Positions 50,878-62,237 are shown, numbered from the stretch's first letter. The stretch is DNA of 64,000 bases from Sedimentisphaerales bacterium (GCA_963663965.2 CAXXFK010000013.1:160001-224000); one strand, 5' to 3'. A program made the numbers and translations. Notes: generated by a model not told the origin, from the letters alone.

Positions 50878-53800
50878 CTATTGCAATTGGAGAGTGATAT
50901 CCTGTTCGATTATTCCATTTTCAGGCCAGGTATCAACAGGCAATTTGATCCTGGTATGATAACAACTTAACGTATAATACATGCCTTCCGGGATGGGCAT
51001 GATTGTATTAAACCTATATTGGCCGTTTGGATCTGTCAGAGTTTTGTTGCAGTAGATCGAGTAGGCGCCATGTTTGTCTCCAGTCAGATTGATTTCCACT
51101 TTCATTTTATTGAGCGGTTTCCCTTTTGAAGAGCGAGCCACACCCTGTAGTGTCAAGGCCGGTTGGAGTTGCAGAAGCACTTCATCCTGATAACTCTGGT
51201 TCATCAGAAACGTCGCTGCAAGTTTGCGTTTTTCATGGAACACGATCAAATGACAGGGAATATCAATCAAATCCGGGTAAGATTGTGTTTTAGCTAACCT
51301 GGGATCCCAGACAAATTCCACTTTGCCATTTGACCGGGTTGAAACGTATTCATAATCCGCGTTATTAGAAGCGCTGCCCATTGTCAGACTTTGAGAAATG
51401 AAAAATGGCATCTCCGGGACAAATATCATTCGAGCGTCTTCAACCGGTTGGTTGTCAGGATCGACGACGGTTGCTCTTAACCTGGGAATGGATTCCATTT
51501 TTATTTGGATATCGTATTGATTCTGATTTTCGATCGAGATGGTTTCCGGACGTTCCAGCATTCGAAAGGCGAGATATTTTTCTGCACGAATTTGAAGTGG
51601 TCCGACCGGAACAACACACCAGGTCCGGCCATTTCGGTCGGTAGAACGAGAGATATAAGAATTGGAATTGGCCATGGCAATACTATTGAAATAGATGGCA
51701 ATATCCTCAACCGGGAGGTTGGTGGCTGCGTCAACAGCTGAGATATTAACCAGGGCGTTCTGCCCCAGTTGAACCTCATTCAATTGGGGAGGATCCCTTG
51801 GTTTGTCAGCGATAATGTAGATAGATTCATTTCCCGCACGGGCATGCGCGTGTGTCATAAACCCGTTAAGATTGACACCGATATCAATAGTCCCCGCAGA
51901 GAGTTCATCGAAGCGAAATTTTCCGTTTTTATCGGTCACAACAGGCAGGAACTGAGCTTGACGAGGACCTGAGATTGAGATTTCGGCGCCATTAACCAGC
52001 CGACCAGCAACGTCATAGACCGTTCCGGCGATAGATAATGAGGCCTTTTGCAGGATAATATCATTCATGACCACTTCGGCGGCATCCAGCATAATCATAT
52101 TTTTCTGTTGCTGCTTTATCGGATTTTGCTTCTGAATCTGGGGAGGAATATTAGAAGGTATGGAGGTGGGGCGATAAGGCGATTTTGACTGGAATTCCAG
52201 ACGCTCTCTTTTTCCTCCGTATTGATCGGCAACGGCAAACACCGAGTAATAAAAGGGCGGTTTACCCGATCGAGTAAGAAATTCGAATGAATAAGTACCA
52301 TCATTATCCGTGCTGGTCGTTTGGATAATATTTCCGGACGCTTTTGAAGAGAATATGTCGGATGGATTGATTTCCAGAGATACCGTGGCATCAGGAATCG
52401 GATGGCTTTCGGCATCCAGGACCTTTCCAGTCATATTAAACGTTAATCCCATTTTGATGGTTATTTCCAGTCCGGACATGCCCAGGAAGTATTTATTTAA
52501 TGATACCCCGGCCAGTTTTTTATCGGGATAATAAGCCAGCAAACAGGTTGGGACCGAATCATAACTATTCTCTGTACGAAAGGGAGGTAGCATCGCGCGA
52601 AGTTGATCCACGGGCAGTTCCGCGTTTCCCGATGGATCGGTTAGTCCAAGATATTCATTGCCGGGAAACAAAAAAAGTTCCGCATCCGATACGGCCTGAC
52701 CGTTCTGGTCTTCGACGTGAATTAACCAACCCCCAGATCGTTTTTTCTGTTCGACCGGATCAACCGGTTTTTGGGGAGATATCAGAGGGATTAAGAACCG
52801 ATTTCCCTGATTTTCCGCCACTAATAAAGTATCTTTATTGGGTATGACCTGATAAGGCATAAATTGATCTATTTTGAATTGATAGGATCCTGAAGGCAGT
52901 TTAAGTCTGGTTTCGGTATTGGGATTGGAAAAAAGGTGGAAGGTTAATTTTGTTTCTGAATGAACGAGAGAATAGTGAATAGGATTTTTATTTGGAAGTG
53001 GCGATTGGCAGACCAGTTTAATTGTTGTTTCGTACGGTTTTTCTGCATTCAATTCAAGGTAGGTATTTTCATTGTCTGTAACAGTTATTGTTTGGCGATT
53101 GAAAAAGTAATCTGACTGTTTCATATTTGAAATGTCCTGGTTGATTGCATACAAACCAGGCAGACACAACCGTTGAAAGTATCCTTCGCTGTTGGTGATG
53201 GCACAAAAGGACAGGTCAGAGCTCTTTTCATCTTTGAGGCGGAGAAAATTGACGCGAATATCCGCTACACCTTGTCCAGTACCCGGATCGATAATCCGTC
53301 CGGCCAAAGAGGTTGTCAGGCGCCAGATGTTCAGTTCGACATTCTGGTCACCGGTATAAAATCGTGGCGTGTCTGGCAGTGTGGGTTGATAAACCACACG
53401 CGTTTCAATTCCTGATTTAATGAAGCCAGTTTCGTGAGGAGCATAGAGTTTTGTTTTTGAGTAGCTGTAACCTGGCAGAAAGGCGCCATTTTTATCTGTG
53501 ACGCCGAATTCGGCGCTCCATTTGTCAGGCAAACCTTCTATGATGAATCTGCCATTCCAGTCCGTTTGGGTTTGCAAGTGGGGTAAATTCATCAACGCCA
53601 GCGGGATGTTCAGGAGGAGATAATCATCATTGTCCGGCATCAGGACCGCATGGACCGTGATGTCCCTTGCCGGCTGTCCGTCCTGGTCCCTGACTATCCC
53701 TGATAACGAATTGGATTGATGCAAAAGCAGTGCAGACTCGATCGAATTATCCAACTCATAACGCTGACAGAAAGCCATTCCGTAACCCGTTTTGGAGGCA

Positions 53801-54189
53801 ACAATCAAGAAATTGCTGTCACGATAATTATTGCTATCAAGAAGCTGATACGAAATTTCAAATTGACCATCTGGATTTGATTTGCTTTCACCCAATTTTT
53901 GTACCGGCAATCCAATTATTCCCATACTATGGTCGGAACAGTATACTTTTTCCGTTTCCGCCCCAATGGTATAGGAGTTGTTTTGGAAATAATACACTTC
54001 AATCAAGGCATCATTAACCGGTTGTTTATTCCAGTCGACCACATAACCTTTATCAACCGATTCAAATAAAATATCAGATATTATGGGTTCGCGATCCAAT
54101 GGTAAAGGTATTCGCTCAATGGGTTCTGGAATATCCGACAGATGATTGACGCAAAAGATTAAAATAAGATATCGTACCAACTCAACCAT
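50878..54189 (-). CDS. Large hypothetical protein with repeated carboxypeptidase-regulatory-like (G.V.D..G.PV..A.V / TD..G.F) domains
   Basis: About eight repeats, e.g. GIVRDQDGQPA, GKVLDAESHPIPDATV, GTVYDVAGRLVNGAEI, VVDPDNQPVEDA. Confidence 0.7.
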   Translation of the reverse strand: MVELVRYLILIFCVNHLSDIPEPIERIPLPLDREPIISDILFESVDKGYVVDWNKQPVNDALIEVYYFQNNSYTIGAETEKVYCSDHSMGIIGLPVQKLGESKSNPDGQFEISYQLLDSNNYRDSNFLIVASKTGYGMAFCQRYELDNSIESALLLHQSNSLSGIVRDQDGQPARDITVHAVLMPDNDDYLLLNIPLALMNLPHLQTQTDWNGRFIIEGLPDKWSAEFGVTDKNGAFLPGYSYSKTKLYAPHETGFIKSGIETRVVYQPTLPDTPRFYTGDQNVELNIWRLTTSLAGRIIDPGTGQGVADIRVNFLRLKDEKSSDLSFCAITNSEGYFQRLCLPGLYAINQDISNMKQSDYFFNRQTITVTDNENTYLELNAEKPYETTIKLVCQSPLPNKNPIHYSLVHSETKLTFHLFSNPNTETRLKLPSGSYQFKIDQFMPYQVIPNKDTLLVAENQGNRFLIPLISPQKPVDPVEQKKRSGGWLIHVEDQNGQAVSDAELFLFPGNEYLGLTDPSGNAELPVDQLRAMLPPFRTENSYDSVPTCLLAYYPDKKLAGVSLNKYFLGMSGLEITIKMGLTFNMTGKVLDAESHPIPDATVSLEINPSDIFSSKASGNIIQTTSTDNDGTYSFEFLTRSGKPPFYYSVFAVADQYGGKRERLEFQSKSPYRPTSIPSNIPPQIQKQNPIKQQQKNMIMLDAAEVVMNDIILQKASLSIAGTVYDVAGRLVNGAEISISGPRQAQFLPVVTDKNGKFRFDELSAGTIDIGVNLNGFMTHAHARAGNESIYIIADKPRDPPQLNEVQLGQNALVNISAVDAATNLPVEDIAIYFNSIAMANSNSYISRSTDRNGRTWCVVPVGPLQIRAEKYLAFRMLERPETISIENQNQYDIQIKMESIPRLRATVVDPDNQPVEDARMIFVPEMPFFISQSLTMGSASNNADYEYVSTRSNGKVEFVWDPRLAKTQSYPDLIDIPCHLIVFHEKRKLAATFLMNQSYQDEVLLQLQPALTLQGVARSSKGKPLNKMKVEINLTGDKHGAYSIYCNKTLTDPNGQYRFNTIMPIPEGMYYTLSCYHTRIKLPVDTWPENGIIEQDITLQLQ

Positions 54190-54334
54190 AGTGCCCCCTA
54201 ATAAACCGGCATTTAAGACACATTTGAACTGTTCGTTGATTAAGCCAATTAAAAAATTGGCTACTTAAAAAACACAGCTATAAACTTATCAAGATAAATG
54301 AGTTAGGATTATCCAAGATTCGCATCAAATAGAC

Positions 54335-55087
54335 TTACTGCCTCTGGCCAATCGCGCCCAGGATGGGTTTGACGAAATTCGGGATGATTTTTTCGTTCAT
54401 GATCTGTTCGCAATAGAGTTTCTGGCGGTCGTAGGATTGGAGGCAGTCGAATTTATGGGTGGGATCGGGGTACTGGCGGAGAGACAGGTACAGGCTGATC
54501 TGATCGTCGTCTTTGTATTTACCGGTGCGGACCTGGTAGGCGCCGGTGCGGGATTCCAGCGAGATTTTGGCCTGGAGCCGGCAGTCGGGAGTGAGGCTGA
54601 TAATGACGGAGGGATCAAAACCGATGGGCCGGGCTTCGGGATAATCCAGAAGACTGAAGAAGGGGGTATTGCTGAAGAGGGCGTCGGCCAGGATTTCATC
54701 ATGATTGCCTTCGAAGTCGAAATCCATGCCATAAAGGATATCGAGGGAATCGACATCGAGATGATTGACCCCGAGCATATAGGGGACGAGTTCGAGAATC
54801 AGTTTGTGAAGTTCATCAGCTTTTTCAATGGAATCGGGATTGACATACCCGCTGCAGATCCGGTCCTGCTCAATGGTTACCCAACGATAACTACCGGCTT
54901 CGCGGTCTTCATCCAGGCAGAATTCCCCGGTTTCGCGCTGGTAGAAATTATTCATGGTGGGAAACTGGCGTTGGATCCGCTCAAAGAAATGAAGGATCGT
55001 ATCGCGCTCGGAAGGTAATTCCAGCTCGGTATTCAGGTTCATATTGACATAAAAGTCGTCACAGAGCGAACCATATGAGGTTGCCAT
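54335..55087 (-). CDS. Conserved hypothetical protein (Planctomycete-type)
   Basis: 250-aa ORF with strong codon bias and AAAGGA RBS. N-terminus CDDFYVNMNLNTELELP is recalled from Planctomycete hypotheticals; function unknown. Confidence 0.7.
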   Translation of the reverse strand: MATSYGSLCDDFYVNMNLNTELELPSERDTILHFFERIQRQFPTMNNFYQRETGEFCLDEDREAGSYRWVTIEQDRICSGYVNPDSIEKADELHKLILELVPYMLGVNHLDVDSLDILYGMDFDFEGNHDEILADALFSNTPFFSLLDYPEARPIGFDPSVIISLTPDCRLQAKISLESRTGAYQVRTGKYKDDDQISLYLSLRQYPDPTHKFDCLQSYDRQKLYCEQIMNEKIIPNFVKPILGAIGQRQ

Positions 55088-55354
55088 TGAAGATTATCCT
55101 TTCAAAGAGCCGCGGCGGTCCGGATTGGCCGCATACAGACTTTCTCTAACTTTCGTCGGTTCTGGCCGGTCCTTGTAAACATTGCTTATTGTTCGTTATA
55201 AGCACCTGTCTATGCGTACCTTACGGCCGGAATGGATAAGACCTAAGTATCATCCACCATTTTCAGTATATCATAAATGGCAGGAAAATGACAATGATTT
55301 TGCCAGTTTCCGATAATTTTTTACTCTAGGGGATCTTTTTACAGAGCCAAAAAG

Positions 55355-56200
55355 TCAGCCGATGATTCCATTGATCAGGCAAATAAATGTAACTATGGTA
55401 ATAATAACAAGATAAATGGAAAATAATGTCAATTTGGCTTTTCTGACCGCCCAGATGAGGAGTTGGAGCGCCAGGAAGCCAACCAGGCCGCTGACAATCG
55501 TACCGGCCATGGTGGGGCCCCAGGGCAATCCCTGTGGATTGTTGCTGAAAAAATCGATTCCTTCAAGCAAGCTGGCGCCTGCAATCGCCGGGATACCGAT
55601 CAGGAAGCTGAATTCACCCGCCCAGCGCCGGTGAAGCCCCAGCAGAACGGCGGCGCAGATAGTGGAGCCGCTGCGCGAAATGCCGGGGAATAACGCGAAA
55701 CCCTGAGCCAGACCGATGATAATCGCGGCGCCGATCCCAAATTGTTTGATGCCGATGCGACGGCCCCGGTTTTTGTCGGTCAGCCATAAAACAACCGCGG
55801 TAATCAGCCAGCAAATCATGACAATTTGCGGTTTTTCGAAACCCTGGTCGATGACTTTGTCGAGTAATTTGTAAAAAACAAAGGTGGTTAAAATTGCTGT
55901 GAGCGCCAGGATACTGAAACGAATACCGGGAGATGTTTTCCAGGCGTTAACTGGATTGTTGAGCAGAGGCAATCCCCGTATGAGGCTGACAGAATAGCGT
56001 GAAATACTACGGCGGTAGAAAACCAGGACCGCAGCCATGGTACCCAGATGGACGGCCAGGTCAAAAATGATCATGGCTTGAGAATGAGGATCTATGTCCA
56101 TAAAATGTTGAATCATGACCAGATGGCCGGAACTGGATACCGGAAGGAATTCTGTCAGTCCCTGGATCATACCGAGAATAATGGCTTGAATATATGACAT
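55355..56200 (-). CDS. uppP: Undecaprenyl-diphosphate phosphatase
   Basis: QGLTEFLPVSSSGHL; PGISRSGSTI; AGEFSFL..IP. Confidence 0.95.
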   Translation of the reverse strand: MSYIQAIILGMIQGLTEFLPVSSSGHLVMIQHFMDIDPHSQAMIIFDLAVHLGTMAAVLVFYRRSISRYSVSLIRGLPLLNNPVNAWKTSPGIRFSILALTAILTTFVFYKLLDKVIDQGFEKPQIVMICWLITAVVLWLTDKNRGRRIGIKQFGIGAAIIIGLAQGFALFPGISRSGSTICAAVLLGLHRRWAGEFSFLIGIPAIAGASLLEGIDFFSNNPQGLPWGPTMAGTIVSGLVGFLALQLLIWAVRKAKLTLFSIYLVIITIVTFICLINGIIG

Positions 56201-56210
56201 TGATCATCCT

Positions 56211-56726
56211 TTAACGATTAAATCCGGTCATGGCTTGGAGCAAGCCCAATTGCCAGACACATTGGAGCGCCAAAGCCGCATAAACTCCGGCGGCGATGTC
56301 ATCCATTAATACGCCGAAGCTGGATTTAAGGTTGTCGAAATAACAGGCGGGCCAGGGTTTGATAATATCGAAAATCCGGAAAAGTATGAAGCCGGTGGCG
56401 GTGAAGGCCAGGGTTAAGTTGATGGGCCAGTCGGAGCAATTCCACAGCCAGAGAAATGTCAGGGCCTGTCCGGCCACTTCATCACTGACGATCATACCGG
56501 GATCGTCGCCTAATTCGGAGATGGCCCGGGGGCCGAATTGGAGGGTTGCCCAGGATCCCCAGAGGATTAAGAAGAGCAGGGCGGCGATAATCCAGAAAGG
56601 TGGGGTTTTTACGGCAAGCAGAATGACCAGCAGGGCGGCGGTAACCGCAGAACCCCAAGTACCGGGGGCAATGGGTAGCAGGCCAGCGCCGAATGCGGAT
56701 AACATCAGTTTGGGGACAAGTTTCAT
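56211..56726 (-). CDS. pgpA: Phosphatidylglycerophosphatase A
   Basis: APGTWGS; DP..IV.DEVAG; FRIFDIIKPWP; GVLMDDIAAG. Confidence 0.93.
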   Translation of the reverse strand: MKLVPKLMLSAFGAGLLPIAPGTWGSAVTAALLVILLAVKTPPFWIIAALLFLILWGSWATLQFGPRAISELGDDPGMIVSDEVAGQALTFLWLWNCSDWPINLTLAFTATGFILFRIFDIIKPWPACYFDNLKSSFGVLMDDIAAGVYAALALQCVWQLGLLQAMTGFNR

Positions 56727-56799
56727 ATTTACTATTTCGGTAACTGGCTGGAAAAGATGAAGTTATCGATGAGATTATGGCGGAAGGGGAAAAATGCGC

Positions 56800-56833
56800 A
56801 AAAAAAGACCACAAGAAAACGATTCTTGTGGTC
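56800..56833 (-). terminator. Intrinsic terminator of the PEP-CTERM gene
   Basis: 11-bp stem GACCACAAGAA/TTCTTGTGGTC followed by T7 on the minus strand. Confidence 0.8.
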
Positions 56834-56863
56834 CTCATTTTTTCTTACGGTCGCTTTGAAAAC

Positions 56864-57508
56864 TTATTTGCGGCGACGCAGAACGGCCAAACCACTCAGA
56901 GCCATCAGGCTCAGGGTTGCCGGTTCGGGGATGTAATTGTAAGCAACAGTTACATCTGCGGCTGCGTTGGAAGATGCAAACAGAATGATATTGCTTGCAC
57001 CATCATAGGACAGAGAACCCTGCGCCAGCAGAGGCAGTAAGATATCGCCGGTGCCGGTGAACAGAGCTTTGTCAGATGCTGACAGGAGGGTGACAGTTTC
57101 TGACATATTGTCTTCCATGGTATCGAACGTGTGACCAGCAGGAGCACCGAAATCAACTACGCCGTCTTTAGCTTCGACGGAAGCAGTTTCAGTTGCGGAT
57201 ACAACCTGAACCCAGATGTTAGAGTTATCCGGTCTTTTCAGACGCAGAATAGCTTGCAGATCCAGGGTCACAGTGACCGGAGCGTTGCTCATGTTTTCGA
57301 AACCAGCCTGGCCCACAACTTTGCCATCGATTGTAATATCAATGCTTTGCAAAGTGAGGGTACCACCCATGGTGTCGAACTTAGGAATATTGAGCACCGT
57401 GTTCCAGTTCGTTGGAGCCAATCCAACGGAAGCCGTGTAGGAAATCTGAGACGCGCTCGCAATGCCAACCAGGCACAGCAAAGCGACCAAAATACAACTT
57501 CTTTTCAT
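56864..57508 (-). CDS. PEP-CTERM sorting domain protein (choice-of-anchor E-like)
   Basis: GGAGG RBS; signal peptide MKRSCILVALLCLVGIASA; C-terminal IPEPATLSLMALSGLAVLRRRK; PKFD...GTL.S..I motif. Confidence 0.9.
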   Translation of the reverse strand: MKRSCILVALLCLVGIASASQISYTASVGLAPTNWNTVLNIPKFDTMGGTLTLQSIDITIDGKVVGQAGFENMSNAPVTVTLDLQAILRLKRPDNSNIWVQVVSATETASVEAKDGVVDFGAPAGHTFDTMEDNMSETVTLLSASDKALFTGTGDILLPLLAQGSLSYDGASNIILFASSNAAADVTVAYNYIPEPATLSLMALSGLAVLRRRK

Positions 57509-57614
57509 TTTAAATCCTCCGTAAGAAAAATTTTCAGAGTTTGAATCTCCATACAAACAACATTAGTTTGTATATACCAAGGCACTTAGAAAGAAAAAAC
57601 ACTTAACATTCAAT

Positions 57615-57643
57615 ATTGTATAAACAATCAGCAGGCAAGTCAA
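57615..57643 (-). promoter_or_regulatory. Strong sigma70-type promoter of the PEP-CTERM gene
   Basis: TTGACT-N17-TACAAT on the minus strand; 8-bp inverted repeat in the leader (57551-57573). Confidence 0.6.
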
Positions 57644-58009
57644 CAGGATTTTTACAGATATAAATCCACAAAACATTGCCGCAGATCACTTATATAGTGT
57701 CATTATACCTGCAAATGTGTCGGTAATTTAGAAAAAATTTAAAATAATTTAAAAAAAATCAGGATGAATTTGGCATAAAAATGCGTGTAAGTCTTTATTT
57801 AATAATAAAATATGACAAAAAATACTGTTCAGGGTGGCGCTATAGGGCTTGTATCGATCTTAACGGATTATATTCATGAAGCCTGGCGCTGGAAAAATTC
57901 TTTAAATTTAATCATAACAGACTGTTATGATAAAAAAAAGGTTTATCGGATGTCAATTAAGAATCAGCCATGGTCTGATAAATAAGGATTTATTAAATCT
58001 GGAATTAAA

Positions 58010-58260
58010 CCCAGGTCGGTCAAGCTACAGTAAAAGAAGTGATAGTCCACACAAAAAAGAAGGTTAACAGCCACTTAGACAGGAAAATCCCGATCCCGAT
58101 GGCTCGGGATTTCGCCTTGCTCAATATCCGGGACTTTCAGCTGAACAACAGGATGAAACGCATAAGGTAGCGGTTTTATCTTATAAGGTATTATTTTTAA
58201 TATACTTATAAAGTATTAAAATAAAAATCCTGCTAAGAAAACAAAGAGATGATGGATTGT
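58010..58260. repeat. Composite nested-hairpin dispersed repeat, copy 2
   Basis: Matches 41446-41640, with an extra AT-rich stretch before AAGAAAACAAAGA.AT.ATGGATTGT. Confidence 0.85.
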
Positions 58261-58465
58261 CGTATGAAGACCTTTGGGAAACCGCTTTCGATAACATTTA
58301 TATTTTGCAAAGCCTTATGAATATCTGGTTAATTGAAAAGTGAATATTCATATTATTATTGTAACCAGGAAGTGTCAGTTTTTTTCAATCTCATCAAACA
58401 TTTTATGTCGGGGAAGAAATCGGATGCGATTAAATCCTGAAGGGGGCATTCTTGTGGGTTTATAT

Positions 58466-58503
58466 AAAAAAAAAGAGGTCCGTTATAAGCTACGGACCTC
58501 TTT
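58466..58503 (-). terminator. Intrinsic terminator of the tricorn gene
   Basis: Stem AAAGAGGTCCGT/ACGGACCTCTTT with a poly-T run on the minus strand. Confidence 0.8.
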
Positions 58504-58522
58504 GATAATAACCGGGGATAAA

Positions 58523-61500
58523 TTATTTCACAGGATAAGGGGGCAACGGAGGCAGGGTGACTTCTTCAGTTTTAAGTTTTTCCAGAATCACTTCGATTGC
58601 CTTATCCAGTTGCTGGTCATTGCCCTGATATTCCTGCCAGGGATCGTTGTCGACGAAGATATCCGGTTCGACACCGACGCCTTCGATAATATAATTTTTG
58701 CCTTCGATATCGTAGCGTGAATGTTCCGGTTTCATGAGAGAACCGCCATCCAGGAAGGGAAGCGAGCCGCTGATGCCCACAACGCCGCCCCAGGTGGTTT
58801 TGCCGATGACGGGGCCGAGTTTGTGCTGTTTGAAACGGTAGGTGAACAGGTCACCGTCGGAAGCGGAGTATTCATCGCAGAGACAGACCAGCGGTCCGAC
58901 GATCATTTCGCCGGGATTGGGAGTGGGATCGATATTGCGGGCGTAGGTGATCATGGCGATTTCGCGGCGGAGCCGTTCGATCAGCATGGGGGAGACATTG
59001 CCGCCGCCATTGCCGCGGACGTCGATGATCAGTGCTTTCTTACTAAGTTGGGGATAGAAATGTTTGACAAATTCGTTCAGGCCCGGCACACCCATGTCCG
59101 GGACGTGGATATACCCCACCTTACCGTCGGTGGCTTCGCTGACTGTGTCAATATTGGTCTGTACCCATTGGTAGTAATAGAGTTCGCTTTCATCGTCGAT
59201 GGGTTTGACGATGGTTTTGCGGCTGCCGCGCAGGCGGGGCTTATTATTGACGGTCAGTTCGACCTGGCGGCCGGCCTTGTCAATCAGGAGTTCGTAGAGG
59301 TTGGTAACGGTATTGGTTTCGACTCCGTCAATGGCGATAATGTAATCCTGTTCATGGACATCCACGCCGATTTCGGTCAGGGGCGAACGGAGGGGGCGGT
59401 CCCAGTTCTGGCCGGGCAGGATGGCATCGATCTGGAAATAACCTGTGTCATCGCGGCTGATCCGGGCGCCCAGCAATCCCAGTTTGATCCGGGGGGCCTG
59501 GGGATAATCGCCGCCATTGACATAGGCATGGCCGCAGTTGAGTTCGCTGATCATTTCGCCGATGACGTAGGTCAGGTCGCAGCGATGGTTGACAAAGTCG
59601 ACCAACGGGGCGTAGCGTTCGCGCATCCCGGGCCAGTCCACACCGTGCATATTGGGAACATGGAAGAACTCACGTAACTGACGCCAGCTTTCATCATAAA
59701 TCTGGCGCCATTCCGACTGGCGGTCGAGATAGACTGTCATACCGGACAAGTTCAGTGGATTATCGATTTTGGCGGAGCCTCTGGGCAGGTCGATGATCCC
59801 GAAGCTGCCTCTGTTACGCAGCAGCATTTTTTTGCCATTGGCAGAAATGGTGTAGCTGGAAACACTACCCAGTTCGGTTTGTTTCTTCTCTTTGAGATCG
59901 AACATAAACAGCAGGGTCTGGTTATCTTTATAGCCATTGCGGGTATAATAAACGGTGTCCTCCACGCAATCGATGTGGCCGTAGGCTGAGGGTGGGATGG
60001 GCAGGCTGACGGAACGGGCCATAATGCCTTCCCGGTCAATTTTGACGTTAATGGTTTTATCCGCCGGTACGGGTTTGGATTCGGGTTCTTTTTTGTTTTT
60101 GGTATTCTTTTTAGTATCGGTTTTTTTCTTTTTCTTTTCTGCTTTGGGAGCCGGTTTATCTGTGGATTTATCCGTCGCTTCGGTATTTACTGCCGTTTCG
60201 TCGCTTTCATAGGCAAAGGGCGAGGGGGTATCGGCCGCGAGGGTGATGAGATAGACCTTTTCCATGTCGATATAGGCGTGGTTCCATTCGGTCCAGCTGT
60301 AAATGGGATTGAAATCACGATTGGAAGTGAACAGCAGGTATTTGCCATTGCGGCTGAAGACCGGATCTTTGACATCAAACCAGCCGTCAGTGACCGGGAA
60401 AGATTCGCCGTCTTCCAGATTGTAGAGGTAGAGGCGGTTCATTGCCTGCCATTCGGGGTGGACATAGACCACCCAGCGGCTATCGGGCGACCATTCGTAT
60501 TGGCGGATGGCGCCGGTGGAGGTTGAGTCGATTTCGACGATTTCCTTTTGTTCGATATCGATATAGCGGAGCCGCATGCGGCGATCGGACCAGAGCAGTT
60601 TGCGGCTGTCGGGCGACCAGCGTAGAGAGAACAGGTAGGTGTCACCCTCTGAGGTCATTTGTTGTGGTTCACCGGAACCATCCTGAGCAGTGAGGTAGAT
60701 TTCATCTTCACCGGTGGCATCGGAGATCCAGGCGATCCAGCGGCCATCCGGGGACCAGGTACTATTCCGTTCATGGACACCGGGAGTGCCCGTGAGGTTA
60801 CGGACTTCGCCATTTCTGGCCGGGATGGTAAAGACATCGCCGCGCGCTCCCATCAGGGCCCGTTTGCCATCGGGGGCAATATCAAAGTTGGTAATCTGGT
60901 CATCCACGTTAATCAGCTTGTCACGGCCGATACTGAGATCTTCACAGATTTCGATGTCGATTTTTTGAGGTTCGCCATCCGGCAATTCGACACGATAGAG
61001 CCAACCGCCGTTTTCAAAAATGATGGCATCGTTACCCAGAGATGGGAATTTGATATCGAAATCTTGGAAATCGGTCAGTTTCCGGTTTTTTTCTTTTTTG
61101 AGGTCATAAGCGAACAGGTTCATGCGACCGTTGTCACGGTCTGAAATGAAGTAGATGGTATTGTCATGCCACATGGGGAAAATATCCTGGGCAGGATTGT
61201 TGGTGATATTGGTGGTAGTATGATCATTGAAATCGTGGATCCAGATATCATCTGCCATGCCGCCGCGATAGCGTTTCCAGGTGCGGAACTCGCGGAAGAC
61301 ACGATTATAGGCCATCCGGTCGCCTTGAAAGGAGCAGAATCCGCCCACGGGCACTTCGAGCTGGACCGGCAGGCCGCCTTCCAGATCGACAGTGTAAAGA
61401 GAGCCCTTGAAGGAATTAAAAGAGGTCATTCTGGAACGGAACACGACGGATTTGCCATCGGGGGTCCATCCCATAACAATATTGTTAGGTCCCATGCGGT

Positions 61501-61855
61501 CGGAGACATCATCGCGGCCGAGGGTGGCCGTGTAGGTGAGGCGTTTGGGCTGGCCGCCCTGGGCCGGCATGACATAGACTTCGGTATTGCCGTCGTATTG
61601 GGCGGTAAACGCGAGGGTTTCACCATCGGGAGAGAATCGGGCAAACATTTCGTAGCCGATATGGCTGGTCAATCTCCGGGCGACCCCGCCGTCTGACGGG
61701 ACGGTATAGAGATCGCCAGCGTAAGAGAAGACGACCTGATCGTCATGGATGGCGGGAAAACGAAGCAGCCGGGCCTCATCGGCGAGCACTAATGATGTAA
61801 AAATCAATGAGAACAAAACCGAGGTCAAAGTCGTAAATTTCATGTGAAGCTCCAT
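58523..61855 (-). CDS. Tricorn protease homolog (peptidase S41), secreted
   Basis: Signal peptide; WD40/PD40 propeller repeats (FSPDG, WSPD); SELNCGHAY; PDZ; DVRGNGGG; ASDGD; TWGGVVGI; EGVGVEPD. Confidence 0.93.
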   Translation of the reverse strand: MELHMKFTTLTSVLFSLIFTSLVLADEARLLRFPAIHDDQVVFSYAGDLYTVPSDGGVARRLTSHIGYEMFARFSPDGETLAFTAQYDGNTEVYVMPAQGGQPKRLTYTATLGRDDVSDRMGPNNIVMGWTPDGKSVVFRSRMTSFNSFKGSLYTVDLEGGLPVQLEVPVGGFCSFQGDRMAYNRVFREFRTWKRYRGGMADDIWIHDFNDHTTTNITNNPAQDIFPMWHDNTIYFISDRDNGRMNLFAYDLKKEKNRKLTDFQDFDIKFPSLGNDAIIFENGGWLYRVELPDGEPQKIDIEICEDLSIGRDKLINVDDQITNFDIAPDGKRALMGARGDVFTIPARNGEVRNLTGTPGVHERNSTWSPDGRWIAWISDATGEDEIYLTAQDGSGEPQQMTSEGDTYLFSLRWSPDSRKLLWSDRRMRLRYIDIEQKEIVEIDSTSTGAIRQYEWSPDSRWVVYVHPEWQAMNRLYLYNLEDGESFPVTDGWFDVKDPVFSRNGKYLLFTSNRDFNPIYSWTEWNHAYIDMEKVYLITLAADTPSPFAYESDETAVNTEATDKSTDKPAPKAEKKKKKTDTKKNTKNKKEPESKPVPADKTINVKIDREGIMARSVSLPIPPSAYGHIDCVEDTVYYTRNGYKDNQTLLFMFDLKEKKQTELGSVSSYTISANGKKMLLRNRGSFGIIDLPRGSAKIDNPLNLSGMTVYLDRQSEWRQIYDESWRQLREFFHVPNMHGVDWPGMRERYAPLVDFVNHRCDLTYVIGEMISELNCGHAYVNGGDYPQAPRIKLGLLGARISRDDTGYFQIDAILPGQNWDRPLRSPLTEIGVDVHEQDYIIAIDGVETNTVTNLYELLIDKAGRQVELTVNNKPRLRGSRKTIVKPIDDESELYYYQWVQTNIDTVSEATDGKVGYIHVPDMGVPGLNEFVKHFYPQLSKKALIIDVRGNGGGNVSPMLIERLRREIAMITYARNIDPTPNPGEMIVGPLVCLCDEYSASDGDLFTYRFKQHKLGPVIGKTTWGGVVGISGSLPFLDGGSLMKPEHSRYDIEGKNYIIEGVGVEPDIFVDNDPWQEYQGNDQQLDKAIEVILEKLKTEEVTLPPLPPYPVK

Positions 61856-61878
61856 AGATAAACGGTTAGTGAATGAAA

Positions 61879-61964
61879 TATACCCATCGGGTAAGGAAAT
61901 ACCTGATCGCTCGCAAATTAAGTTTTTACTCGTAATAGACTTATTTCACGGCCAAGCGGGCATT
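61879..61964. repeat. 86-bp structured dispersed repeat, copy 2
   Basis: Ungapped match to 1433-1518. Confidence 0.8.
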
Positions 61965-62237
61965 ATCAATCGTTAATGGTATAAGATATGGCCATAGGGA
62001 GTATAATGGAATGATTCTGAGGTTTCCAGTAAAACCCAATGAAAAAATCAACGACGAAATATTACCAAGGGCCATGTTTGTATAAGTTTTGTAAAATTTT
62101 GTTAAAAAAGAAGATATAACGGTAAGAGTATTTGTTTGGCATTGAGGCATGAGGGGGCTGGACAGAGTTATTATTTTAGATTACATTGAATTGAATAGTA
62201 AAAAAAGTACAGCATGTAACATCGAGGAAATATCAAG

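Noticed and set aside
58721..59677. Long antisense ORFs (also 6636-7520, 44378-45154, 49550-50236, 22686-23333)
   Set aside because: They are shadows of codon-biased genes on the opposite strand and show no motifs.
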